This document shows, piece after piece, positions 1 to 9,868 of a stretch of 64,000 nucleotides of DNA. Positions within the stretch are counted from its first letter, which is position 1. Each line of letters begins with the position of its first letter. The notes beneath the pieces were generated by a model, which ran no database searches, was not told the DNA's origin, and was given only the letters and a program-made list of their open reading frames with translations. Both the position numbers and the translations under genes were made by a program. The DNA comes from Candidatus Limnocylindria bacterium (lineage in GTDB: Bacteria > Chloroflexota > Limnocylindria > QHBO01), in contig DATBIY010000047.1 of NCBI GenBank assembly GCA_036556695.1, forward strand, positions 12,809-76,808, given 5' to 3'.

Positions 1-1
1 C

Positions 2-754
2 GTGTCGCTCACCGGCTCCGAACGAGCCGGCGCGGCGGTTGCCGAGATTGCCGGCCGCCACCTGAAGAAGGTCGTGCTGGAGCTGGGCGGCTCGGACCCC
101 TTCATCCTGCTCTCGACCAACGACCTGGACGCCACGGTGCAGCAGGCGATCGATGCACGGCTCGACAACAGCGGCCAATCCTGTAACGCGGCCAAGCGCT
201 TCATCGTGGCCGAGGAGCTGTACCAGCCCTTCCTGGAGAAGTTCACCGCCAAGCTGTCCGAGGTCGAGCCCGCAGATCCCACCTCCGAGGACGCCGCGCT
301 CGGTCCGCTGTCGTCGCTGAAGGCCGCCGAGATCCTGGACGAGCAGGTCAAGCGCGCCGTCGACCACGGCGCCAGGCTGGTCCACGGCGGCACGCGGCGC
401 GGCGCGTTCTTCCCGACGACCGTGCTCACCGACCTGACGCCCGATAACCCGGCCTCCAAGGAGGAGTTCTTCGGCCCGGTGGCGCAGGTCTACCGCGCAA
501 GGGACGAGGCCGATGCCGTCCGCATCGCCAACGACGTGCCCTACGGCCTGGGCTCGTACGTGTACACCACCGACCAGGAGCAGGCACTGCGCGTGGCCGA
601 CCAGATCGAGGCCGGAATGGTGTTCGTGAACGTCGTCCTCGCCGATGGCGCCGAGCTGCCATTCGGCGGCATCAAGCGCTCCGGCTCGGGTCGCGAGCTC
701 GGCCGCTTCGGTGCCGACGAGTTCACCAACAAGAAGCTGATCCGCATCGGCTGA
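2..754 (+). CDS. Aldehyde dehydrogenase family protein, C-terminal part; the 5' end lies outside the window. Succinate-semialdehyde dehydrogenase-like.
   Basis: ALDH-family residues visible in the translation (ELGGSDP, GQSCNAAKRF, EEFFGPV). The reading frame is open from the window edge. Confidence 0.85.
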   Translation: MSLTGSERAGAAVAEIAGRHLKKVVLELGGSDPFILLSTNDLDATVQQAIDARLDNSGQSCNAAKRFIVAEELYQPFLEKFTAKLSEVEPADPTSEDAALGPLSSLKAAEILDEQVKRAVDHGARLVHGGTRRGAFFPTTVLTDLTPDNPASKEEFFGPVAQVYRARDEADAVRIANDVPYGLGSYVYTTDQEQALRVADQIEAGMVFVNVVLADGAELPFGGIKRSGSGRELGRFGADEFTNKKLIRIG

Positions 755-776
755 ATACGCGATAGCATCGGCGGTG

Positions 777-1217
777 ATGGAAGGGGCTGCCGCCGCACCG
801 ACACCCCAGCTTCCGCGCGGCCGCACGCCGCCGTTGCCCGACGAGGAGGCGCGCGCGCTCTTTGAGCGCGGCGTGGCGCTGTTCAACGGCGTCCGCTACT
901 GGCACGCCCACGAGGCGTGGGAGACGCTGTGGCGCGCGGCGCCCGAGGACGAGCGCGACTTTTACCAGGGCCTGATCCAGGTCGCGGCCGGGCTGCTGCA
1001 CCTCCAGCGGCGCAACCTGCGCGGCGCGCGCAACAAGTTGCGCGAGGGCGTGGACAAGCTGCGCCGCTACCAGCCCACGCACAGCGGAATCCTGACCACC
1101 GAGCTCGTGCGCAGGGCCGAGCGCATCCTGGAGGACCTGGATGCCGGGCACGTGCCCTACCTCATCCCACCGGTGATTCGCTACGTCGAGCTGGACCAGC
1201 CCGACTTCGACCGCTAG
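777..1217 (+). CDS. DUF309-domain protein
   Basis: DUF309-like motifs: [11 protein letters not shown] and [16 protein letters not shown]. The ATG at 777 follows a GTG at 774; the upstream ALDH stop is at 752-754. Confidence 0.6.
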   Translation: MEGAAAAPTPQLPRGRTPPLPDEEARALFERGVALFNGVRYWHAHEAWETLWRAAPEDERDFYQGLIQVAAGLLHLQRRNLRGARNKLREGVDKLRRYQPTHSGILTTELVRRAERILEDLDAGHVPYLIPPVIRYVELDQPDFDR

Positions 1218-1221
1218 CCAG

Positions 1222-2619
1222 ATGGGGGACGCACAGGACGAGGTTCGGGTCGAGCACGACTCCATGGGCGATGTTCGCGTGCCGGCCTGGGCGCGCTGGG
1301 GCGCCACCACGCAGCGGGCCGTCGAGAACTTCCCGATCTCCGGGCAGCGCCTGGAGCGCGCGCACCTCGCCGCACTGGGCGCCATAAAGGCCGCGGCCGC
1401 CCGAATAAACGGCGAGATGGGCATCCTGGATCCGGAGGTGGCCGATGCCATCGCCGGTGCGGCTGGCGAGGTGGCCGATGGGCGCTGGGACGACCACTTT
1501 CCAATCGACGTGTTCCAGACCGGGTCGGGCACCAGCAGCAACATGAACGCCAACGAGGTCATCGCCTCGCTGGCCAGCGAGCGCCTGGGCCGGCCGGTCC
1601 ATCCCAACGACCACGTCAACGCCAGCCAGTCGAGCAATGACGTCTTCCCGTCGAGCATCCACCTGGCAGCGACCGCGGCGGTGGTGGACGACCTGCTGCC
1701 CGCGCTGGAGCACCTGGCGACGGCGCTCGAGGCGAAGCGCGACGAGTTCGCCGATGTCGTGAAATCGGGCCGCACGCACCTGATGGATGCCACGCCGGTC
1801 ACCCTGGGCCAGGAGTTCGGCGGCTACGCGGCGCAGGTCCGCGCCGGCGTCGAGCGCCTGAACGGCAGCCTGCCGCGGCTGGCCGAGCTGCCGCTGGGCG
1901 GGACGGCGGTCGGCACCGGCATCAACATGCCGCCCGGCTGGGCGGCACGCGTCATCGCCGACCTCGCGGCCGGCACCGGGCTGCCGCTGACCGAGGCGCG
2001 CGACCACTTCGAGGCGCAGGGCGCGCGCGACGGGCTGGTGGAGGCGTCCGGCCAGCTGCGCACCGTGGCGGTCAGCCTCTACAAGATCGCCAACGACCTG
2101 CGCTGGATGGGCTCGGGGCCGCGGGCCGGCCTGCGCGAGATCAACCTGCCGGACCTGCAGCCCGGCTCATCGATCATGCCCGGCAAGGTGAACCCGGTGA
2201 TCCCCGAGGCGGTGTGCATGGTCTGCGCGCAGGTGATCGGCAACGACGCCGCCATCGCCTTCGGCGGCGCGGCCGGCAATTTCGAGCTGAACGTCATGCT
2301 GCCGATGCTGGCGCGCAACATCCTGGAGTCGATCCGGCTGCTGGCCAGCGTCAGCCGCCTGTTGGCTGACCGATGCGTGGCCGGCATCACCGCCAACGCG
2401 GAGCGCGCCCGGGAGTACGCCGAGGGCTCGCCGTCCATCGTCACGCCGTTGAACCGCTACATCGGCTACGAGGAGGCCGCCAAGGTCGCGAAGCAGGCCC
2501 TGGCCGAGGGCAAGACCATCCGCCAGGTGGTGCTGGAGCGCGGTTATGTCGAGCAGGGCCAGCTGACCATGGAGCAGCTCGACGAGGCGCTGGACGTCAA
2601 GCGCATGACCGGGGCCTAA
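1222..2619 (+). CDS. fumC: Class II fumarate hydratase / aspartate ammonia-lyase family lyase, probably fumarase
   Basis: Carries the [12 protein letters not shown] signature and the [15 protein letters not shown] motif. Length is 465 aa. The start lies 4 nt after the DUF309 stop. Confidence 0.85.
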   Translation: MGDAQDEVRVEHDSMGDVRVPAWARWGATTQRAVENFPISGQRLERAHLAALGAIKAAAARINGEMGILDPEVADAIAGAAGEVADGRWDDHFPIDVFQTGSGTSSNMNANEVIASLASERLGRPVHPNDHVNASQSSNDVFPSSIHLAATAAVVDDLLPALEHLATALEAKRDEFADVVKSGRTHLMDATPVTLGQEFGGYAAQVRAGVERLNGSLPRLAELPLGGTAVGTGINMPPGWAARVIADLAAGTGLPLTEARDHFEAQGARDGLVEASGQLRTVAVSLYKIANDLRWMGSGPRAGLREINLPDLQPGSSIMPGKVNPVIPEAVCMVCAQVIGNDAAIAFGGAAGNFELNVMLPMLARNILESIRLLASVSRLLADRCVAGITANAERAREYAEGSPSIVTPLNRYIGYEEAAKVAKQALAEGKTIRQVVLERGYVEQGQLTMEQLDEALDVKRMTGA

Positions 2620-2995
2620 GCCGGGAACCGACTTCGCTCCGCGGCGGGAGACGCCGGGCCGGCGCCGCGCCTCGAGAGCGTGGCGGACGCCCTGCTCTGT
2701 CCTGAGAGTCACGTCTCCGGAGAGAAGCGAAGCGCCGCGGCCGTCACCGACCGCGGCGCTCCAGGACCGGCTTGGCAGAAGTGCCACTACTTCAGCCCCG
2801 TTACTACTCGTAAACGGAAACGCCTGCCAATCCGGGTCTTCGGTTGTACATGCAGGCTACGGGCCGTTCCCGGCGGCGGGCAGGGGCAGATGTCCCGGTC
2901 GGGCCGGGAAGCCGCGCCAGCGTACAATCGGCCTCCGAGCCTTCACGCATGACCGATGCGGGCGCTCCGCGCCCGGCAGCCGAGGAGAGTTCCGC

Positions 2996-4492
2996 GTGTC
3001 CACCTACCGCAACCTGATCGGCGACGAGTGGGTCGATGCCCGCTCCGGCGCCACCTTCACCAGCGTCAGCCCCGCCAACCACGACGAGGTGATCGGCGAG
3101 TTCCCGGCCTCCGGCCCGGCGGACGTGCAGGCCGCCGTGGACGCCGCCAGGGCGGCGTTTCCCGCCTGGTCGCTGATGCCCGCCCCGAAGCGGGGCGAGA
3201 TCCTGTTCAAGGTCGCGCGGCTGCTGGCCGAGCACAAAGAGGAGCTCAGCCGCCTCATGACGCGCGAGATGGGCAAGGTGCTCCCCGAGGCGCGCGGCGA
3301 CGTGCAGGAGGCCATCGACGTGGCCTACTACATGGCCGGCGAGGGGCGGCGCCTCTTCGGCCAGACGGTGCCGTCGGAGATGCCCGACAAGTTCGCCATG
3401 GCCATCCGGCGGCCCATCGGCGTGGTCGGCATCATCACGCCATGGAACTTCCCGGTGGCCATCCCGGCGTGGAAGCTCTTCCCGGCGCTGATCTGCGGCA
3501 ACACGGCGGTCATCAAGCCGGCGTCCGACACCCCGGCCTGCCTGGTGCGCTTCGTCGAGCTGCTGCGCGAGGGTGGCATTCCGGCCGGCGTGGTCAACGT
3601 GGTCACCGGCAGCGGAACCGATGTCGGCAACGCCATCGTCGACCACCCGGACGTGCGGGTCATCAGCTTCACCGGCCACACCGAGACCGGCGTGGAGATC
3701 AGCCGTCGTGCGGCCGAGACGCTGAAGCGCGTCAGCCTGGAGCTGGGTGGCAAGAATCCCATCGTCATCTGGGAGGACGCCGACCTGGACCTGGCGCTGG
3801 ACAGCGTGGTGTGGTCCGCCTTCGGCACCAGCGGCCAGCGCTGCACGGCGGCCAGCCGCGTCGTGGTCCATCGGTCGGTCCATGACCGCTTCGTGCAGAT
3901 GCTGCGCGACCGTGTGGGCAAGCTGGTGCTGGGAGACGGGCTGCAGGACACCACCGACGTAGGACCCGTGATCAACGACCGGGCCGTGGAGCGCATCGCC
4001 GCCTATTCGGTCATCGGCCGCGAGGAGGCCGAGCTGGTGATCGGCGGCGAGCCGGCCCGCGACGGCGAGCTGGCCAAGGGGTCCTTCTTCCAGCCGACCA
4101 TCTTTGCCGAGGTGCGACCCGATGCACGCATCGCCCAGGAGGAGATCTTCGGCCCGGTGACATCGGTCATTCCGGTGGACACCTGGGAGCAGACGGTGGA
4201 GGTGGTGAACGGCGTGAAGTACGGGCTCTCGACCTCGCTCTTCACGCGGGACATCAACCTGGCGTTCCGCAGCATTCGCGACTTCGAGTCTGGGATCGGC
4301 TACGTGAACCACGGCACCATCGGCGCCGAGGCGCACCTGCCGTTCGGTGGCGTCAAGGCCACCGGCAACGGTCACCGCGAGGTTGGCCAGGCCGCGCTGG
4401 ACTTCTTCAGCGAGTGGAAGAGCGTCTACATCGATTACTCCGGCAAGCTGCAGCGCGCACAGATCGACACGACCTTCGCCGACCAGGAGTAG
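2996..4492 (+). CDS. NAD(P)-dependent aldehyde dehydrogenase
   Basis: Full-length ALDH of 498 aa with the catalytic Cys and Glu motifs (ELGGKNP, GQRCTAASR). GTG start with a GAGGAGAG Shine-Dalgarno sequence upstream. Confidence 0.9.
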   Translation: MSTYRNLIGDEWVDARSGATFTSVSPANHDEVIGEFPASGPADVQAAVDAARAAFPAWSLMPAPKRGEILFKVARLLAEHKEELSRLMTREMGKVLPEARGDVQEAIDVAYYMAGEGRRLFGQTVPSEMPDKFAMAIRRPIGVVGIITPWNFPVAIPAWKLFPALICGNTAVIKPASDTPACLVRFVELLREGGIPAGVVNVVTGSGTDVGNAIVDHPDVRVISFTGHTETGVEISRRAAETLKRVSLELGGKNPIVIWEDADLDLALDSVVWSAFGTSGQRCTAASRVVVHRSVHDRFVQMLRDRVGKLVLGDGLQDTTDVGPVINDRAVERIAAYSVIGREEAELVIGGEPARDGELAKGSFFQPTIFAEVRPDARIAQEEIFGPVTSVIPVDTWEQTVEVVNGVKYGLSTSLFTRDINLAFRSIRDFESGIGYVNHGTIGAEAHLPFGGVKATGNGHREVGQAALDFFSEWKSVYIDYSGKLQRAQIDTTFADQE

Positions 4493-7400
4493 GGGAGGGG
4501 ACCATCGCCACGCCGACGACCGAGCCCGCAGCCTGGGAGGGCCAGGAGCGGAAGATCGTCACCATCCTGTTCGCCGATGTGACAGGCTCGACGGCGCTGG
4601 GCGACCAGCTGGACCCCGAGCGGCTGCGCGCCCTGCTGGGCGCCTACTTCCGCACCATGGCCTCGGTGGTCGAAGCGTGGGGCGGCTCGGTGGAGAAGTT
4701 CATCGGCGATGCGGTGATGGCCGTCTTCGGCGTCCCGAACGTCCGCGAGGATGACGCCGCACGTGCGCTGCATGCCGCGCTGGAGATGAGCGAGCGCCTG
4801 GTGGAGCTGAACCGGCAGCTGGCTCGGGATCACAACGTCACGCTCGAGATACGGACCGGGATCAACACCGGCGAGGTGGTGGCGCCGATGGGCGACGCGC
4901 CGAGCCAGCGCATCGTGGCCGGCGACGCGGTCAACGTCGCCGCGCGCCTGGAGCAGGCCGCGGAGCCGGGGACCATCCTGGTGGGCGAGCGAACGCACGC
5001 GGCCACCAGCACCGCCTTCGAGTTCGAGGGCCCGACGCCCCTCACCCTGAAGGGCAAGCCGGACCCGCTGCCGGCGTTCCGCCTGCTCCGCGCCAGCGGC
5101 GAGGCGCGCCGCGGCATTCCGGGCCTGCGGGCGCCCCTCATCGGGCGCGACGCCGAGCTCGCCACGCTGCTGGCCGCGCTGGACGAGACGATCGCCAGCG
5201 GCATGCCGCGGCTGGTGCTGGTCTACGGGCCGGCCGGCATCGGCAAGAGCCGGCTCTCCGCTGAGTTCCTTGCCGCGGCGCAGGCCCGGGTGCCCGATCT
5301 TCGCTTCCTGCGGGGCCGAAACCTGGCCGCCGGTGAGGGCGTCACCTACTGGGCGCTGGCCGAGATCGTGCGGGGCGCCTACGGCATCGGGCTGGACGAT
5401 CCTGCCGAGTCGGTCGCCGAGCGGATGCGCGCCGGTGTCGCCAGCACGCTTGCGGCACTCGCCCTGGATGCGGCCGAGTCTGAGCTCACCACCCAGGCGC
5501 TGGCGGCGACCATGGGCGTCAAGCTCGGCTCGGAAGGTCCATCGATCCACGCCGATGAGCTGGCGCGTGCCTGGACGCGCTTCGCCAGCGCCTTTGCGGC
5601 CGCCGGGCCGGCGGTGTGGCTGGTGGAGGATCTGCACTGGGCGGGGGCGCCGGCCCTGGAGATGCTCGAGCGCATCGCAAACCGGGCCACCGGCCCGCTG
5701 GTCATCCTGGCCACAGCGCGCCCCGAGTTCGTCGAGGCGCACCCGGGCTTCGGGGCCGCCGGCGGCGCGCCGCCCACGGCCGTCTCCCTGCGACCGCTGA
5801 CCGACCAGCAGGGAGGCGAGCTGGTCGAGCAGCTGCTCGCCGTGGCCGAGCTGCCCACGGCGCTCCGGGCCGAGATCCTGGGCAAGGCGGAGGGCAATCC
5901 CTTTTTCGTCGAGGAGATCGTGCGGCGGCTGATCGACGAGGGGTGTGCTGGTCCAGGAGGGAGATCATTGGCGAGCGACCGATGCGGCACGCACGGCGAC
6001 GATCCCCGACAGCATCTATGCGCTGCTGGCGGCTCGGGTTGACGCCCTGGCCGCAGGGGAGCGACGGGTGCTGCAGGAGGCCGCGGTCATCGGGCGCACC
6101 TTCTGGGCCGCCGCGGTCGCGCACGCCCTGCCAGGTGATGAGGTCGCCGAGTCGCTCGCGGTCCTCGAGCGCCGCGGCCTGGTCGTCGTGCGACCGACCA
6201 GCAGCCTCGGTGGGCAGGAGGAGTACGCCTTTCGTCATGCGCTGGTGCGGGAAGTCGCCTACGGCAGCCTTCCCAAAGCGCGCCGCGCGCGGGCACATGC
6301 CGAGGCCGGCGACTGGATCTTGGCCCTCGCCGCCGACCGTGGCGAGGAGTTCGCCGAGCTGATCGCCCACCACTTCGAGACGGCCATCGCGGGGGAGGAC
6401 GCCGACCTCGCCTGGCTGGAGGATGCCGGCGAGCGGGAAGCAGTGCGCGCCAAGGCGTACGCCTCACTCCTGGCCGCCGGTCGCGCCGCCCGCCGCACCT
6501 ACGCTCTGGCCCGAGCCGCCGAGCTCCACGGACGGGCGCTGGCACTGGCCGCCGACGACCTCGAACGAATGGCCGCCTACGAGCAGATCGGCCGGGACCA
6601 CGACCTGGCCTTCCACGGCGAGCTGGCGCTGGATGCCTACCGATCGGCGATCCAGATCGCACGGCGCAGCGATGGCCAGGAGGACGCACTGGCCCGGCTT
6701 GCGCGGCGCGCGAGCAGCCTGGCGTCGATGCGTGGCGGTTCCTTCCAGGTGGTCGTGGACCATGTCGAGATCGACGACCTGATCGGCGAGGGGCTGGATG
6801 CAGTGCGCGATCCTCGCGACCGGGCCGCGCTCCTCATCGCTCGCGCCGACATGGCCAGCCGCTGGTCCGTGCTCGACCAGCCCGATCCGCTCGGCATGGA
6901 CAAGCGCATGGCCGCCGCGGAGGAGGCTCGCGCCATCGCCGAGCAACTCCAGGATGCCGAGCTTGGGTTCGCCGCCGCGGACACCTTTGCCGACCTCAAG
7001 AACGTGATCGGCGACTACGGCGGGGCGGCGCGCGGTGTCGTGGCCGCATTGCCGCTGCTGGACCGCATCGAGGGTCGGGCCGCCAAGGCCCAGGCACTGT
7101 TCGAGGCGGCGCAGAACGTGCTGGTCACCGGCGACCCGGCAGGCGCGCTGCGGCTGGCCTACGCGTCGGCGGAGCTGGCCCGCCACATGTCGGCGCACGA
7201 CCAGATGCACGCCAGCGGGATGATCATGACTGCGGCCGACTGGATCGGCGACTGGGATCGCGTGGAGGCAGCCCTGGCGGAGCACCTCGCCAACATGGCA
7301 GAGGAGGGCAACGTCCGCTGTCTGCTGGTCCAGAGCGGACCAAACCGCGGCGCGCTAGTCGCGGCGCGGCGCGGAGACGCGGATGGTGCGCGAGCGTTGG

Positions 7401-7912
7401 TCGAGAGAGCCATCCCCTTCGAGGCCACACCCGGACCCATCCAGTCATCAGCCGCGGAGGTTCTGATCGCGGCCGGAGACCCGAACGCCGGGCTGGAGGT
7501 CGCGCGCGACGTGCTGGCTCGTGGTCCGCGCTGGCGACAGCCGGAGGCGGCGGTGGCCGAGATCCACGGGCTCGAGGCGCTGGGGGAGTGGGTTGCGCTC
7601 GGCGAGGCGGCGCTGGCTGCCCAAGACCTGCGATCAGCCGGCCCGCATGTGGAGGCCCACCTGGACAGGGCCATGGGCCGCAGCCTTATCGGACAGGGCC
7701 GCATCGAGGAGGGGGTGGAGCTGCTGCGGCGGGCGATCGCCATCTTCGACCGCGTACCCGTCGTCTTCGAGGCGGCCCGGACCCGAGAAGCCCTGGCCGA
7801 TGCCGTGCCCGCCCAGCGCGCTCAGCTGCTGGCGGCGGCGCTCGCCACATACCAGACACTGGGCGCCCACCCGCATGTGGAGCGGCTGCGCGACAGCCTG
7901 GACACCGGATAG
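4414..7912 (+). CDS. Large signal-transduction ATPase: class III adenylate/guanylate cyclase domain, then an AAA/STAND NTPase, then TPR-like repeats. It is interrupted by a +1 frameshift near 5944. The probable true start is ATC at 4504.
   Basis: Cyclase motifs are FADVTGSTAL and FIGDAVMAVFG. The P-loop is VYGPAGIGKS. The frame switches between ORF 4414..6042 and ORF 5945..7912 exactly where the conserved LIDEG-VLV-EGD sequence continues. High GC3 begins only after 4493. GGAGG at 4494-4498 is followed 5 nt later by an in-frame ATC. Confidence 0.75.
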
Positions 7913-7973
7913 CCGGCGGCGCTCGCCAGGTGCTTTGCACTGGGGCCGCCGGCGTGCCACGATCGGCGGCAGC

Positions 7974-8705
7974 ATGCGACTGCCCTACTTCCCGCTCCAC
8001 GTGGTCGTCTTCCCGCACCTGCCGCTGCCGATCCACGTCTTCGAGGAGCGCTATCGGCTGATGACCCATGACGTACTGGCCGACGGCTCGCCGTTCGCCG
8101 GCCGCTTCGTGGTGTCGATGATCACCGAGGGCTCGGATGTCGAGGAGCCGGGCGCCGCGCCGCCTACCGCGGAGCGCATCGGCACGATCGTCGAGGTGCG
8201 CAGTGCCGAGCGCTTCGACGACGGACGCTACGCACTGCTGGTGGTGGGGCTGGCACGCGCCGCGCTGGCCGCGGTCGACCAATCCGGTCCGTACGCCACG
8301 GTGGACGCCAGCCCGCTGCCCGAGGAGGCCGGTGATGCAGCGGGGGCGACCCGCCTGCTCCCCGCGGTGCAGGCAGCGCTGGATGCCTACCTGGAGACGG
8401 TGAAACGCTTCGTGGCCTCCGCCGCGTCCTTGGGAGCGGAATCGTCGGAGATCACCACCGTGGCTGCCTCACTGGACGAGGTGCTCAAGCCGATCCGCCT
8501 GCCGGATGACCCGATGGCCGCCAGTTACGCGGTCGGCGGGGTGCTGCAGATCGAGCTGACCCGCAAGCAGCAGCTGCTGGAGATGCCCGACGCCGCCACC
8601 CGGCTGCGCGCCGAGCTGGAGCTGCTGCGCAGAGAGGCGCGCCTGCTGTCGGATGGCGCCATGCCGCCGGTGGCCACCAGCGACCTGCACTACAACCCCA
8701 ACTAG
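7974..8705 (+). CDS. Stand-alone Lon protease N-terminal (substrate-binding) domain protein
   Basis: MRLPYFPLHVVVFPHLPLPIHVFEERY matches the LON N-domain consensus. The start is ATG 152 codons into ORF 7521..8705; upstream of it the translation is Arg/Pro/Ser-rich. Confidence 0.7.
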   Translation: MRLPYFPLHVVVFPHLPLPIHVFEERYRLMTHDVLADGSPFAGRFVVSMITEGSDVEEPGAAPPTAERIGTIVEVRSAERFDDGRYALLVVGLARAALAAVDQSGPYATVDASPLPEEAGDAAGATRLLPAVQAALDAYLETVKRFVASAASLGAESSEITTVAASLDEVLKPIRLPDDPMAASYAVGGVLQIELTRKQQLLEMPDAATRLRAELELLRREARLLSDGAMPPVATSDLHYNPN

Positions 8706-8721
8706 GAGCTCCCACCCCTCC

Positions 8722-9855
8722 ATGAGCCTGCTTCCGAGCCGCTCCTTCGTGCTGGTCGCGGTCATCGCCCTGCTGCTCAGCGCCTGCGCCGGCGAACCAT
8801 CGGCAACGCCCACCCCCAGCGCGCCCGTGTCGCTCCCGGCATCGCCGACGCCGGATGCCACCTTGGGTGCGACGGGCGAGCCGACTGCATCGCCACCGGC
8901 CAGTCCATCCACTCCGAGCGGGACCACCTACACCGTCCGGCCGGGTGACACGCTGTATTCGATCGCGCGCCGCTGGAGCACCACGGTCGGGCAGCTGCAG
9001 GCCTGGAACAGCACCACCTACCCCAGCCTCGCCACAGACCCGAACACGCTGCAGGCGGGATGGGTTCTGATCGTCAGCAGCGATCCCGGGGCAACGCCGC
9101 TACCCACCCCGGTGCCGACTCCGGCCGCCACGCCTCCACCCGTCTCCTCGGGCTGCCGCGCCGGCAACCGGGTCGCGGCTGGCAGCCAGCAGACCTTCTA
9201 CACCATCCCCAACGCGGGGAAGGCGGTGGCCCTGACCTTTGACATGGGCGGCCGCCTGGATCCGGGGGTCGACATCCTGAACCTGCTGATCGAGCAGAAG
9301 GTGTGCGCCACCCTCTTCCCGACCGGCGCCATGACCGATACGCCGCAGGGCAAGCAGGTGATGGCCATCGTGCGGGCGCATCCCGAGCTGTTCGAGATCG
9401 GCAACCACACCATGCACCACTGCGACCTGGTGCGCGGTGGCGGTGGCTCACCTTCCTCGGCGCCGTGCGCCGGCATCACTCCGACCGCCGACTTCATCCG
9501 GCGCGAGCTGACCGATGCCGCCGCCATCCTGGAGCGCGAGAGCGGCCAGCGCCCGGTGCCCTACTGGCGGCCGCCGTACGGCTCGATCAACAACGCCGTC
9601 CTGTCGGCTGCAGCCTCGGCCGGCTACACCAAGGCGTTCATGTGGGATATCGACACCATCGACTGGAAGCCCATCGAGCAGGGCGGTCCGACGGCGCAGC
9701 AGATCGCGACCAAGGTCATCACCCAGGCGCAGGGCGGCTCGAACGTGCTCATGCACCTCGGCGGCTACGAGACGCTCGACGCACTGCGCGTCATGATCCC
9801 TGGCCTGCGGGAGCGCGGCTTCCTGCTGACCTCGCTGAGCGACCTGCTCCAGTAG
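8722..9855 (+). CDS. Lipoprotein with a LysM domain and a polysaccharide deacetylase (NodB) domain
   Basis: Signal peptide plus LSAC lipobox. LysM motif YTVRPGDTLYSIARRW. NodB motifs TFDMGG, HTMHH and RPPYG. Confidence 0.8.
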   Translation: MSLLPSRSFVLVAVIALLLSACAGEPSATPTPSAPVSLPASPTPDATLGATGEPTASPPASPSTPSGTTYTVRPGDTLYSIARRWSTTVGQLQAWNSTTYPSLATDPNTLQAGWVLIVSSDPGATPLPTPVPTPAATPPPVSSGCRAGNRVAAGSQQTFYTIPNAGKAVALTFDMGGRLDPGVDILNLLIEQKVCATLFPTGAMTDTPQGKQVMAIVRAHPELFEIGNHTMHHCDLVRGGGGSPSSAPCAGITPTADFIRRELTDAAAILERESGQRPVPYWRPPYGSINNAVLSAAASAGYTKAFMWDIDTIDWKPIEQGGPTAQQIATKVITQAQGGSNVLMHLGGYETLDALRVMIPGLRERGFLLTSLSDLLQ

Positions 9856-9868
9856 CGCTCGCGGCCGG

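Noticed and set aside
2620-2995. A 375-nt gap after fumC, with a small ORF at 2680-2952 and a GCCGCGG...CCGCGGC hairpin
   Set aside because: The ORF is Arg-rich with poor codon bias. The hairpin may be a fumC terminator, but it lacks a U-tract and any conserved ncRNA motif. The evidence is too weak to call a feature.
723-4375. Long minus-strand ORFs (723-1802, 1162-2007, 2167-2787 and 2804-4375) that are antisense to the DUF309, fumC and ALDH genes
   Set aside because: They are Arg/Gly/Pro-rich and low-complexity, have no recognisable domains and have the opposite-strand GC3 pattern. These are typical shadow ORFs of a 70 % GC genome.
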